Source: Escherichia coli (GTDB lineage: Bacteria > Pseudomonadota > Gammaproteobacteria > Enterobacterales > Enterobacteriaceae). Taken from it: 64,000 bases of DNA. Made by a program: the position numbers and the translations under genes. Numbering within the stretch: the first letter of the stretch is position 1; every line of letters starts with the position of its first letter. The stretch lies in assembly GCF_030013205.1 (NCBI RefSeq), contig NZ_CP122649.1; one strand, given 5' to 3'. The notes beneath the pieces were generated by a model. That model was not told where the DNA came from. It saw only the letters and a program-made list of their open reading frames with translations, and made no database searches. Of this stretch, positions 7,967 to 16,971 are shown one piece after another.

Positions 7967-8920
7967 ACTAATTCTACTGATAACCAGAACTACGTTCGTG
8001 CAGTACTGGCAGGCATTGGTATTGATTTTGATGAAACAGAGATGTTTATCAGTGTCTCTCATTGCCAGAGCGACGAAGTTTCGTTTACATGCAGTATATC
8101 AGCCAGTGAGTTAAGAGAATCTGCGGGGCATTATGTGGATACTCTTAATGATACCCAACTGGCTGGCCTGGATGCGGATGCACTCAAGAAGCGACTGGTT
8201 TACTTCCTTGAGGTTTTCGACCTGGTTTCCGGTCAATATCTGGATATTTCCGGTAAACATTTCGCGACCAGCCGCTTTGAATACGACGATGTCTGTAGTG
8301 AGATCCTGAGTAACTCTGCGGACAGCGCCCAGCCAGGTGGCTATGATCGTGAAGAGTACAAAAGACTGATGGAAGTTGATGGTCAGGTTTTAATCGCCCG
8401 ATTTGCACTGGAAAAATTCTGGGATACGCATTTTATTGGGCTTATCAACTATGTATCAGATGAAATAACATCCGGGCTTTATGAGGTTTATCGCACGTTC
8501 AGTGATATAAACATGGCCGGTTATACATTTAGTGAGTATTCATATACGCGTCGTATTACCGACGAACTTAGTTTGCATATTTCACTTAAAGAGGACGATT
8601 TCGAAGAGCAATTAACCGATTGTTATATGGATGAAACAACGCTGCCGTCTGGCAAGGTGGTTTTACGCCGTAATAATGAATCAATTATTGGGATTTATGA
8701 AGGATATGCTTCAAAATCTTACTTTCCTATGGTTGCTAATGTTAGAGTCCTTGATACAGATGGTGAAGTTGTTACTGAACTTTACCAAGGGGTGAATGTA
8801 TCAGAATTAGCTGGTGGTCGGATTAAAATCCATGACCGTCAGGAATTAATTTCTGAGGTGTTCGCTAACTTACGTGAATTCATCCCAGCATCAGAGGATA
8901 AAATCTTTGATGCGGCATGA
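7964..8920 (+). CDS. hypothetical protein, paralogue family member P5 (318 aa)
   Basis: ATG 7964 with SD gaggaag (the tracked start 7958 is a GTG two codons upstream); similarity to P4. Confidence 0.7.
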   Translation: MTNSTDNQNYVRAVLAGIGIDFDETEMFISVSHCQSDEVSFTCSISASELRESAGHYVDTLNDTQLAGLDADALKKRLVYFLEVFDLVSGQYLDISGKHFATSRFEYDDVCSEILSNSADSAQPGGYDREEYKRLMEVDGQVLIARFALEKFWDTHFIGLINYVSDEITSGLYEVYRTFSDINMAGYTFSEYSYTRRITDELSLHISLKEDDFEEQLTDCYMDETTLPSGKVVLRRNNESIIGIYEGYASKSYFPMVANVRVLDTDGEVVTELYQGVNVSELAGGRIKIHDRQELISEVFANLREFIPASEDKIFDAA

Positions 8921-8966
8921 GTCCTGAAGGTTGAATTATATATTTTCAGGTTTTTATACTTCTAAG

Positions 8967-8996
8967 AAGGCACGGTTATCCGTGCCTTTTTTTTTG
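8967..8996 (+). terminator. Rho-independent terminator ending the P1-P5 operon
   Basis: Stem aaggcacgg / ccgtgcctt with loop ttat, followed by a run of 9 T. Confidence 0.8.
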
Positions 8997-9332
8997 CTTT
9001 CGTCAAAACTTGCATTGATTTTACAATTTTACAACGTTCTTACTGCCCTATATGTTTTACGGTACTGTACTCTTGGCACCGTTACATGTAAGCCTTCCAT
9101 TACCTTCTTCAACCAAACCTAGCCTAATTTACATCCTTCCAGCTGTTTCCTTCTCTGCTTCTTTTACTCGAATGTTTTGCCCCTTGCTGACGTTTCCGGC
9201 AGCACACAGTCCGAATGCTGGAGCCTCCAAATTACTTTTTACTTCTTTTGTTTCGGTTTCGCGAAAATAGGTCTCTTATCTGAAAAATGGATCGTTAGAG
9301 ATTTGTATACTGTTTAAAACAAAGGAGTCACT

Positions 9333-9602
9333 ATGCCTGCCACTACAATCCTGAGCAATAACCCTGTGAATTCGGTCTTCTCTAATGACAATAGCCATTT
9401 CACATACCGGCATATTGATTTCAGTATTGAGCTACTGCTTTCTTCAGGAACTGACTCACAACTGGAATATCTGTTTCTCAAACCGGCGGCTGAAGTAAAG
9501 ATCGATTTACAGCGCCGTTTAGCTAGTGGGGAACGTTACGTTACAACCGAGAGTTGTGACAATTTTAGCGAAGTTGATGGCTGCATGGGACACGATTGCT
9601 GA
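9333..9602 (+). CDS. hypothetical protein (89 aa)
   Basis: ORF track; strong SD aaggag 7 nt upstream; first gene of a packed plus-strand operon. Confidence 0.6.
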   Translation: MPATTILSNNPVNSVFSNDNSHFTYRHIDFSIELLLSSGTDSQLEYLFLKPAAEVKIDLQRRLASGERYVTTESCDNFSEVDGCMGHDC

Positions 9603-9656
9603 GGACTTTATAACGGCAGGCGTCCGATTTAATACAACACGAGACACTATCACCTA

Positions 9657-10247
9657 ATGATGACTGAATCGTTCTTTGACTGGGTTGTGTATTGCATCAC
9701 AGGCGTAATACTGGCATCTGCGTTCCTCGAAGGAAAAAGAACCCGTTTTCCGGCTGCATTTTTTTACGGAAGCATTGTGCTGCTGGTCGTTTTGATAGTG
9801 GCCGGTGCCCTCAACTGGTGGTTCTACCGTTCTAAATTCGGCTCAGTTGTCGTTATTTTTGCCGCGACAACGCTGTTAATGACCCGATTCAGATTGGTTA
9901 TTTATGCGTTCAGGTTTCGGACGCTGGTGGCAGATCTCCAATCACATGTAGCCAAGGGATTCAGGATAATCCTTGTCTTACCCGAAAATGAAGACGAGAA
10001 GACCGTTTTGCTTAGCAAATTGTCGAAAGTGATACATTCTGGGACGTTGTTTTATACCCGAACAGCTCTGGGTCCATATTCTGGGGATCTCCTGCATGCT
10101 CTGGGACAAAAGCACCGAAATGGCGAGGGCTATCTGCTTCTTTGTGAGCAACAACTTCCGGCTCGAACCTGGCTAAGCACTGTAGAAAACGGTCAACCAG
10201 AGAAGTCTATTGCAGTTAATTTTCATTCGATCCCTGATATGGAGTGA
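9657..10247 (+). CDS. hypothetical membrane protein (196 aa, about 3 N-terminal TM helices)
   Basis: ORF track; hydrophobic stretches VVYCITGVILASAFL, FFYGSIVLLVVLIVAGAL and VVVIFAATTLLM. Confidence 0.55.
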   Translation: MMTESFFDWVVYCITGVILASAFLEGKRTRFPAAFFYGSIVLLVVLIVAGALNWWFYRSKFGSVVVIFAATTLLMTRFRLVIYAFRFRTLVADLQSHVAKGFRIILVLPENEDEKTVLLSKLSKVIHSGTLFYTRTALGPYSGDLLHALGQKHRNGEGYLLLCEQQLPARTWLSTVENGQPEKSIAVNFHSIPDME

Positions 10248-10254
10248 TACCCCT

Positions 10255-10512
10255 ATGAGCAATACAGATTCACAGACCGTACCAGCTGATGCCCTGTGTG
10301 AAAACAGTTCTCAGGTGAAAATTCAGCTAAGTCGAAGCGCCTCACGAGCATTGACGACGGCGAAAGAAATTCTTGAAACCCGAGGGCTGGTATCCGTATC
10401 CACTGAAGACCTTGTTCAGGCCTGTCTCGAAGAAAATCAGCCACTCGACCTGGCAAGTATCTATCTTGAGCACCGGCTAAAACAGAAGGGAACCAGTATC
10501 TGTGAATTTTAG
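10255..10512 (+). CDS. hypothetical protein (85 aa)
   Basis: Internal ATG of tracked ORF 10210..10512, with ggag 10 nt upstream. It starts 8 nt after the previous stop. Confidence 0.5.
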   Translation: MSNTDSQTVPADALCENSSQVKIQLSRSASRALTTAKEILETRGLVSVSTEDLVQACLEENQPLDLASIYLEHRLKQKGTSICEF

Positions 10513-10585
10513 TGTTTTCCAACCTATTGGGGAAATTCCGGAATGTGTTTATATAGCTGTAAGTAAAGCACTCTACAGGTAAATA

Positions 10586-11122
10586 ATGAAAAGCAAAATT
10601 CACTCTTCAGGAACGTCCGGCACGAAACGAGTACTTAAAACGGATATTGCGTTGCCTCTGCTTTGTTGGGTGTTCACCAGTCCATTCAGTAACTGGACTG
10701 ATAAGTTTTTTACCGGCACAGAAGTGCCGGAGGGCTCGCTGCCGGGTCTAGAACAGGCGCCTGAGGCTATCTTCCGATTTGTGCTCAATGACGAAGGTTT
10801 TGATGTTGGTTTTGACGCGGTGGGAATGGATCTCTGTTGTTTCTCTATCCCGCTTTCGACGATGCCCACAAAGAATCTGGACGACGAAGAGACGTTGTCG
10901 AGGCTTACCGGCGACGTGATACACGGCGTCCTGCTTTCGCTTCCGGAGTACATTGAAATGCCAGACAGGCTGGTCTATCAGCTAACTGATGAGGTCATGG
11001 CGTTCAATTCACACTGTGGCAACGGAATTCTACATGGATGGACGACGGCTCAAGAGTTGTGGCGAAACGAGATCCTGCCACGCACCACTATTTTGATGCA
11101 GCAGACATCAGTCATTCACTGA
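10586..11122 (+). CDS. hypothetical protein (178 aa)
   Basis: ORF track; same strand as neighbours; weak SD. Confidence 0.5.
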   Translation: MKSKIHSSGTSGTKRVLKTDIALPLLCWVFTSPFSNWTDKFFTGTEVPEGSLPGLEQAPEAIFRFVLNDEGFDVGFDAVGMDLCCFSIPLSTMPTKNLDDEETLSRLTGDVIHGVLLSLPEYIEMPDRLVYQLTDEVMAFNSHCGNGILHGWTTAQELWRNEILPRTTILMQQTSVIH

Positions 11123-11138
11123 GTTCCGGGGGCTCTGG

Positions 11139-11594
11139 ATGAAAAAGCGACTTTACCTTCTTGAATGGAAACTTCGTGAGACAAGAGCCTGGTTAGGATG
11201 GATGGTGTTCTGGATTATCATCAGTTTTATGTTTTTATCAGCGATGTTCATGACAGGTCATTTGTTAAACAAAGTTGTCCTCCAGCCCGTTTGGCTGTGT
11301 ATCTGGTCTTTACCCTGGCTGGGCTTCTTGTTGAAGGTACGCGTGACCGAAATGGATAAAGGGCTCGTGAATACACTTCAGCTCGGAGATCTGCCGGTTT
11401 TCCGCTGGAGTCGTTCTGTAGTTCCTGGCACCTGGTCTGTTGACAGAATTAATGGACGCTACCGGTTGAACCGGATTGGAACGGATGGTTTGACGGTACA
11501 CTATCCGTGGCGCCTGTACTATCAGCCTTTGTTCCTGACACCGGATAAGCAGATTTCTGATATTAACGGACGTGAACATGAACGAAAATTCTGA
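11139..11594 (+). CDS. hypothetical membrane protein (151 aa, 2 TM)
   Basis: ORF track; SD-like ggggg; TM-like WLGWMVFWIIISFMFLSAMFM and VWLCIWSLPWLGFLL. Confidence 0.55.
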   Translation: MKKRLYLLEWKLRETRAWLGWMVFWIIISFMFLSAMFMTGHLLNKVVLQPVWLCIWSLPWLGFLLKVRVTEMDKGLVNTLQLGDLPVFRWSRSVVPGTWSVDRINGRYRLNRIGTDGLTVHYPWRLYYQPLFLTPDKQISDINGREHERKF

Positions 11595-11805
11595 CGCAGT
11601 AGTGAGTGCCGCTACTTCCTGCCTGCTGTATGTGCGTGAAATCGAAAGGTCAGGCCCCGGTGAAATGCCGGTGTCATATTCAAATGAGCTTATCCAGAGA
11701 TGGCTTAGTTCGGCTGAACGTCGTAATTTGCATTCCCGCCACAGCTTGCGTTCGATTCGTACAATTCTGAAGCACGCAAGGAAGAGCCGTCAGCCTGATT
11801 TTTAG
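11578..11805 (+). CDS. hypothetical protein (75 aa)
   Basis: ORF track (tracked start is GTG 11572, ATG at 11578); overlaps the end of the upstream gene, suggesting translational coupling. Confidence 0.45.
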   Translation: MNENSDAVVSAATSCLLYVREIERSGPGEMPVSYSNELIQRWLSSAERRNLHSRHSLRSIRTILKHARKSRQPDF

Positions 11806-11811
11806 AGCGTG

Positions 11812-12087
11812 ATGCATTTGCTGGTGGAAGGGAAGGGTGTAATCCCGGATGTTTCAGTATCGGATTTGGGCAATGTGCAGAACATACGTAATGAACTGAT
11901 TGGTCTGGGTTGGTGGGTGAAGTTTGGTGTAAAGCAGGACTGGCAGCGCATCAATCTGCAACGCCAGCCGGTCAGTTTTGGCCTTTTGAATGACCTTAAT
12001 CGTTGTTTTCGGCATGACGGTCAGCAGGTTGAACCTCTGCCACTTTATACAACCGGCAATCCCGGGGAATTGCGGAAGGTGCTGTAA
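11812..12087 (+). CDS. hypothetical protein (91 aa)
   Basis: ORF track (GTG 11809 / ATG 11812); starts 4 nt after the previous stop. Confidence 0.45.
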   Translation: MHLLVEGKGVIPDVSVSDLGNVQNIRNELIGLGWWVKFGVKQDWQRINLQRQPVSFGLLNDLNRCFRHDGQQVEPLPLYTTGNPGELRKVL

Positions 12088-12175
12088 AAGTACAACTACC
12101 GGCTGCATATCGACTCTTCAGAAGTCGTTGAAGACGTAACGGTGTTGCGCTGCTTTATTGAAACCGGAGTGATGA

Positions 12176-13135
12176 ATGGCCAGTGAAGATTTACTCTTTT
12201 ACCGTGACCGGATTCTGGAGCGAATTGAAAAGCTCAGATCCTTTCTGAATGACCATCAGCCGGTGATGGCCGAGCTGATGACTGTGGGGACCGTCACACG
12301 ACACGAAGAGCGGTTGAAAGAGGTGAACCCCATCGAGGTGAGTACTATTTCAGATGCCTCCGTGGATGAAATTATCCGTGTTATTCAGGATTTCTGTATC
12401 GATGACATTGATGTACTCAGCAGGAATTCGACGAAAGTGACAACCAAATACCCGGGTTTGATTATTGTTCCTGAGGGTGCCGAACAGCTGAGCGGAATTA
12501 TTTGCGATATAAATGATGCCAAAAGTGACTTTGCCTCTGCAATGAAAAGGGTGAATTCGGAGAAACACATCCGGTTTAAGGAAGTTCACCGTAAGCTTCC
12601 CGGTCTGGTGACTGCGCATTCCACTCGCAAAATTCTGTTTGTGGAAGAACAGCTCAAAAAAGTTACTTTTGCCTGGCGGCTAAACCGAAACCAGGTAAAA
12701 ACAAACGCAAGTGATCTCATCGCGATGCTGGATAAGCGTCGTTTAGTAGCGGTCAAATCGCCCGTGACAACTGACCTGACAGTGGTGGCGAACATCGATA
12801 GAGCGAAGGCATTACTGGAAAGAAAAGTACTGAGAGACGGCGAAGGGTATCGCCTTTGTCGAACCAATACCTTCCCGGTTCCGATAGCGCATTTGTTCAC
12901 ATACCGGCCTGAAGGCAAGGAGCGTGGAAGTAGCAAATATGCCGAGACTGATTACAAGGTGGTGAAAGCCTCATTACCCATTTTTGGCGTCGGACAAAAG
13001 CCAACAATTAAAAGACTTCAGGACTGGGTGCCAGCGCAGGATGAAGCACTGTCCAATGGTCGAAGGAGCAACCATAGCTACACGGAACTTGTACCCGGTG
13101 CAGATCTTGGCATTTTCATTATGAGAAAGGTCTGA
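12176..13135 (+). CDS. tus: Tus-like replication terminus-binding protein homologue
   Basis: 319 aa, similar in length to E. coli Tus. The block IRFKEVHRKLPGLVTAHSTRKILFV matches the recalled Tus segment [24 protein letters not shown]. SD ggag. The call rests on recall of the Tus sequence. Confidence 0.6.
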   Translation: MASEDLLFYRDRILERIEKLRSFLNDHQPVMAELMTVGTVTRHEERLKEVNPIEVSTISDASVDEIIRVIQDFCIDDIDVLSRNSTKVTTKYPGLIIVPEGAEQLSGIICDINDAKSDFASAMKRVNSEKHIRFKEVHRKLPGLVTAHSTRKILFVEEQLKKVTFAWRLNRNQVKTNASDLIAMLDKRRLVAVKSPVTTDLTVVANIDRAKALLERKVLRDGEGYRLCRTNTFPVPIAHLFTYRPEGKERGSSKYAETDYKVVKASLPIFGVGQKPTIKRLQDWVPAQDEALSNGRRSNHSYTELVPGADLGIFIMRKV

Positions 13136-13145
13136 GGAGAAAAGC

Positions 13146-14054
13146 ATGCAATGGATTTCCACGACCAGCCAGAAACTTGATGAGAGACTTTATCGTGTCT
13201 GTGTCTGGGTGAAAAAATACCATGAGGATGCCATCAACCGTGTTGTGTTGACGGTTGATCTCAGTAAGGCCCGCCATGACCCGATAGAGGACCAGGTACG
13301 GGCCGAGTTACTGTGTGGGCATTATTTTCTGATGCGGAAAGAGAACAACGCAAAATCGGCGCCAGCGGATCAGAACTTTGAATTTTTGCCTGACGGCCGC
13401 AACCTGAGCTGGCAGACGTCGACACCGGGGCTTCAGCACCTTCTCCTGAACAGCAATGTACCTGAGTCCCTTAGGCCCCTGGCTGATTACATTCAGATGC
13501 GTCTGGCCAAGCTGACCATGGTCCCGATGTCGGGAACCATCATGAAAGCCGCACTGGAAGACAGCATCAGCTGGGTAAAAGTGGATCTGCGATACTACTG
13601 GCAGTATGAACTGGTTAATTCCCATCTGGGGCCTGTTCAGGTAACTCATAAGGCGCTTGTGCGATTCGGGAGGCTGGCAAAACACGATGAAAACGCTAGT
13701 GCAATTCGAATGCTTCGCCAGCGGTTGTCATCACCGTTTATTCAGGAATTTGAGATGCCTGGGGAGGAACTGAAGCGCAAGCAGAAGATCATGAATACCG
13801 TTGATGTGAAAATGCTTTTCCACACACATTATCCGGGCCAGAAATTACTGCTGGCCCGATATGCTAATGGTTGGGTGCTGGTGGATTGTTTCCTGTTCCA
13901 CCATATCAAACCCAAAAAGAAGGCGAAAAACAAAACCAAAGCGGGTAAATCAGAAACTCAAAATATCAAATCGACGGGGAGTGAGGATCATGGAACTGGG
14001 CATTATGGTGTGCATCGTGTTGTTACTCTCACTGGCAGCGGTGTGGATCAGTAA
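13146..14054 (+). CDS. hypothetical protein (302 aa, Lys-rich C-terminus)
   Basis: ORF track; SD gaggag; starts 10 nt after the tus-like stop. Confidence 0.6.
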   Translation: MQWISTTSQKLDERLYRVCVWVKKYHEDAINRVVLTVDLSKARHDPIEDQVRAELLCGHYFLMRKENNAKSAPADQNFEFLPDGRNLSWQTSTPGLQHLLLNSNVPESLRPLADYIQMRLAKLTMVPMSGTIMKAALEDSISWVKVDLRYYWQYELVNSHLGPVQVTHKALVRFGRLAKHDENASAIRMLRQRLSSPFIQEFEMPGEELKRKQKIMNTVDVKMLFHTHYPGQKLLLARYANGWVLVDCFLFHHIKPKKKAKNKTKAGKSETQNIKSTGSEDHGTGHYGVHRVVTLTGSGVDQ

Positions 14055-14334
14055 CAAGACGGTCGGATTGCTGGAAATCCATTACTTTAAGCGGCCGCTG
14101 AGCATGGAGTATGCAGCCTGGCTGCGTGTGATGTGTGCGGGTTTGCTATTTATTTTTATTCAGATGGTCCCGGCATTCACGTTTCTGTATACCCTGAAGC
14201 TGGTGGCACTGTTAAATCTGGGCGTGCAGACGATGAAGCTAAACGGGGTTTATAAATTTAAACGCACCGGGATGATGCCGCCGAAAGACGCCCCTCATGA
14301 TCTTGGCCGCTTTAATCCATTTCGAAAGAAGTAA
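13990..14334 (+). CDS. hypothetical membrane protein (114 aa)
   Basis: Internal ATG of tracked ORF 13861..14334 with SD gaggat; hydrophobic MELGIMVCIVLLLSLAAVWI and VMCAGLLFIFIQMVPAFTFLY. Confidence 0.5.
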   Translation: MELGIMVCIVLLLSLAAVWISNKTVGLLEIHYFKRPLSMEYAAWLRVMCAGLLFIFIQMVPAFTFLYTLKLVALLNLGVQTMKLNGVYKFKRTGMMPPKDAPHDLGRFNPFRKK

Positions 14335-14341
14335 TCCTCAT

Positions 14342-14361
14342 TAGCGCCCGCAGGGGCGCTA
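14342..14361. terminator. Bidirectional hairpin between convergent genes
   Basis: Palindrome tagcgccc gca ggggcgcta, between the plus-strand operon end (14334) and the recombinase stop (14359). Confidence 0.5.
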
Positions 14362-15549
14362 CTCATCCAGCGCCTCACGCATGAACTTCGTCATCGCTTT
14401 CTTACCTGCGTCAATGTTACGGATATAGCGGGAAACCATTTCTGGATTGCTCCAGTTACCCATCTCCATGATCTGCAAGTGCGTGTACCCGGCATTAGCA
14501 AGTTCGATGGCGCCGCCAACCCTAACGCTGTGACCAGTCCAGCATCGGGTGCCCGCTTCCTGCGGATGAAGTTCATCCCAAAACGCTTCAAAGGCCCGGA
14601 GCAATGTGTTTTTACTGAGCATACCCTCATCATCGACAATAATGGGCTTTCCATTTTTCCCGATCGGGGGACGGGTAGGTCGGTAAGGCATATTATGATT
14701 TTTCAGCAGCGTATTGATCTCATTCCCTTTGCTCCGGAGACCCCATCCAGGGGGCATATATCCGCTGTCCTGATAGTTAACTGCCTGGAAGAGATAATCC
14801 TTCGGATGGCTTTGCTGGTCCCTTTTGACCATATCCATCAGCCTGATTAGGGTGGCAGTGAGATGAGGGGTCAGATGATAGGTAAGCAGGGTACTGACAG
14901 TGGATTTTGTCCGGTACACCGTCAGGGTAAAACTGCCTGTCTGTTCATTCAGCACAAGGTCCTGCATCCGAATGCGCCGAAGTTCTGCTGAGCGCAACAG
15001 TGTTTCAAAACCTGTCCAGATAATGCAAAGGTCTCGGAGTTTGCGCACCGACTGTGTCGTACCGTGGGCTTTAATCAAAGCTTTCAGGTCGGAGACTAGG
15101 AATGGCGTTGCCTGACGAGTCACTTTTTGCTCTCGGGCTTCAGCTTGTTCGAGGCTTGCAAGAATACTCTTGACCTTGGATGTGATGATCCCAGGGCGAT
15201 CGAGTGCTTTCCTATGGATACTGTTCAGCGCGTGCAGACAACCTTTAATGCTGCTGTGTGACAGCGAGCCCTGAAGATAGTCCAGATAGGCCAACAACGG
15301 GGGTTCTGTCACCGGGAGAGAACTGGCAGGCCAGGCTTCGTTTCCCTCCTTTCCTGCATTAGCTTGGTACCACTCGTTCCAGGAACGCAGCCATTGAAGG
15401 TAAGTTTTAGCCGTGTTGTATTTCATATGAGAAAAGTAAAAAATGAGCTCCTTAAGGTCATTATTGGGCACCTCAAACGTGACCAGTTCCTGATGGAGGT
15501 CTGAGTCTTCAAACTGTCTGGTTACTGGCTTGCTGTTCATGGTGGTCAC
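14359..15549 (-). CDS. Cre-like tyrosine recombinase
   Basis: 396 aa. LLRSAELRRIRMQDL and WTGHSVRVGGAIELANAGYTHLQIMEMGNWSNPEMVSRYIRN align with the recalled Cre motifs LLRIAEIARIRVKDI and WSGHSARVGAARDMARAG..IMQAGGWTNVNIVMNYIRN (R, H-x-x-R and Y catalytic residues). Confidence 0.8.
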   Translation of the reverse strand: MTTMNSKPVTRQFEDSDLHQELVTFEVPNNDLKELIFYFSHMKYNTAKTYLQWLRSWNEWYQANAGKEGNEAWPASSLPVTEPPLLAYLDYLQGSLSHSSIKGCLHALNSIHRKALDRPGIITSKVKSILASLEQAEAREQKVTRQATPFLVSDLKALIKAHGTTQSVRKLRDLCIIWTGFETLLRSAELRRIRMQDLVLNEQTGSFTLTVYRTKSTVSTLLTYHLTPHLTATLIRLMDMVKRDQQSHPKDYLFQAVNYQDSGYMPPGWGLRSKGNEINTLLKNHNMPYRPTRPPIGKNGKPIIVDDEGMLSKNTLLRAFEAFWDELHPQEAGTRCWTGHSVRVGGAIELANAGYTHLQIMEMGNWSNPEMVSRYIRNIDAGKKAMTKFMREALDE

Positions 15550-15754
15550 CTGAATACACTGTTTTTATTTACAGCTATTTTAGCACTGAGGTATCCACTT
15601 ATGAACAGGTTCACAGCAACTAAAAAAGAGAGAGCGACTACAACAACGATCCGGAGATAAACATCAAATATTTGTGAAAAAAATTAGATTCTAGGGACAA
15701 AACGACATAAGATTGGGAAACCGTACTTTCGCGGGAAATAAATTAAGGTTGACC

Positions 15755-15967
15755 ATGTCCGAAACTAAGCAGGCGTATTTAATGAAATTTCGTAAGTGCT
15801 CTTCTTTCGACACACTGGAAAAAGTATTCGAACGACTCTGTGAAAAAAATGCAGGTATAGCATCACTGGAAATTTCCGGGGCATATGACCATCGAAAAGC
15901 TGAACTGACAATGAAGAAACTCTACGATAAAGTACCCGCAAGCGTATGGACACTGGTCCGTCAGTAA
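15755..15967 (+). CDS. hha: Hha/YmoA-family haemolysin expression modulator
   Basis: Internal ATG of tracked ORF 15713..15967. The sequence ..YLMKFRKCSSFDTLEKVFE...DHRKAELTMKKLYDKVPASVW matches the recalled Hha pattern YLMRLRRCQTIDTLERVIE...[21 protein letters not shown]. Confidence 0.85.
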   Translation: MSETKQAYLMKFRKCSSFDTLEKVFERLCEKNAGIASLEISGAYDHRKAELTMKKLYDKVPASVWTLVRQ

Positions 15968-16273
15968 TATGAAGATATTGGTAACCAATTTATCGCCGAC
16001 TTTTCAGGAAAGGAGATTTATGAAAACGTCAGCAGTAAAATTAAAATTTTTTAATATTCTATTAATACCTCTAAATAAGCTTAATTAGTAAAGTCATCAC
16101 GTCATTCAAAATCCTGTTTCCGCTCCATGGTGGTAACTCGTATGAGAATTAAACATCTAATATTTTTACCTGTTCCCTTCATTTCCTTTTATTTAAACGC
16201 GGCGAGCTTGGACGAAATGGTGATGCTGCCAACTTACTGATTTAGTGTATGATGGTGTTTTTGAGGTGCTCCA

Positions 16274-16549
16274 GTGGCTTCTGTTTCTATCAGCCGTCCC
16301 TCCTGTTCAGCTACTGACGGGGTGGTGCGTAACGGCAAAAGCACCGCCGGACATCAGCGCTATCTCTGCTCTCACTGCCGTAAAACATGGCAACTGCAGT
16401 TCACTTACACCGCTTCTCAACCCGGTACGCACCAGAAAATCATTGATATGGCCATGAATGGCGTTGGATGCCGGGCAACTGCCCGCATTATGGGCGTTGG
16501 CCTCAACACGATTTTACGTCACTTAAAAAACTCAGGCCGCAGTCGGTAA
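16274..16549 (+). CDS. insA: IS1 InsA
   Basis: 91-aa [26 protein letters not shown]..., Zn-finger/HTH protein of IS1. Confidence 0.95.
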   Translation: MASVSISRPSCSATDGVVRNGKSTAGHQRYLCSHCRKTWQLQFTYTASQPGTHQKIIDMAMNGVGCRATARIMGVGLNTILRHLKNSGRSR

Positions 16550-16971
16550 CCTCGCGCATACAGCCGGGCAGTGACGTCATCGTCTGCGCGGAAATGGACG
16601 AACAGTGGGGCTATGTCGGGGCTAAATCGCGCCAGCGCTGGCTGTTTTACGCGTATGACAGTCTCCGGAAGACGGTTGTTGCGCACGTATTCGGTGAACG
16701 CACTATGGCGACGCTGGGGCGTCTTATGAGCCTGCTGTCACCCTTTGACGTGGTGATATGGATGACGGATGGCTGGCCGCTGTATGAATCCCGCCTGAAG
16801 GGAAAGCTGCACGTAATCAGCAAGCGATATACGCAGCGAATTGAGCGGCATAACCTGAATCTGAGGCAGCACCTGGCACGGCTGGGACGGAAGTCGCTGT
16901 CGTTCTCAAAATCGGTGGAGCTGCATGACAAAGTCATCGGGCATTATCTGAACATAAAACACTATCAATAA
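16468..16971 (+). CDS. insB: IS1 InsB reading frame (expressed as InsAB' by -1 frameshift)
   Basis: ORF track. The slippery A6C motif ttaaaaaac lies at 16523-16531 in the insA/insB overlap. Confidence 0.9.
   Translation: MPGNCPHYGRWPQHDFTSLKKLRPQSVTSRIQPGSDVIVCAEMDEQWGYVGAKSRQRWLFYAYDSLRKTVVAHVFGERTMATLGRLMSLLSPFDVVIWMTDGWPLYESRLKGKLHVISKRYTQRIERHNLNLRQHLARLGRKSLSFSKSVELHDKVIGHYLNIKHYQ

Noticed and set aside
8931-9270. 63-aa and 72-aa plus-strand ORFs in the pyrimidine-rich spacer.
   Set aside because: The Leu/Phe/Ser/Pro low-complexity translations are an artefact of CT-rich sequence. There is no SD, and one starts inside the terminator region.
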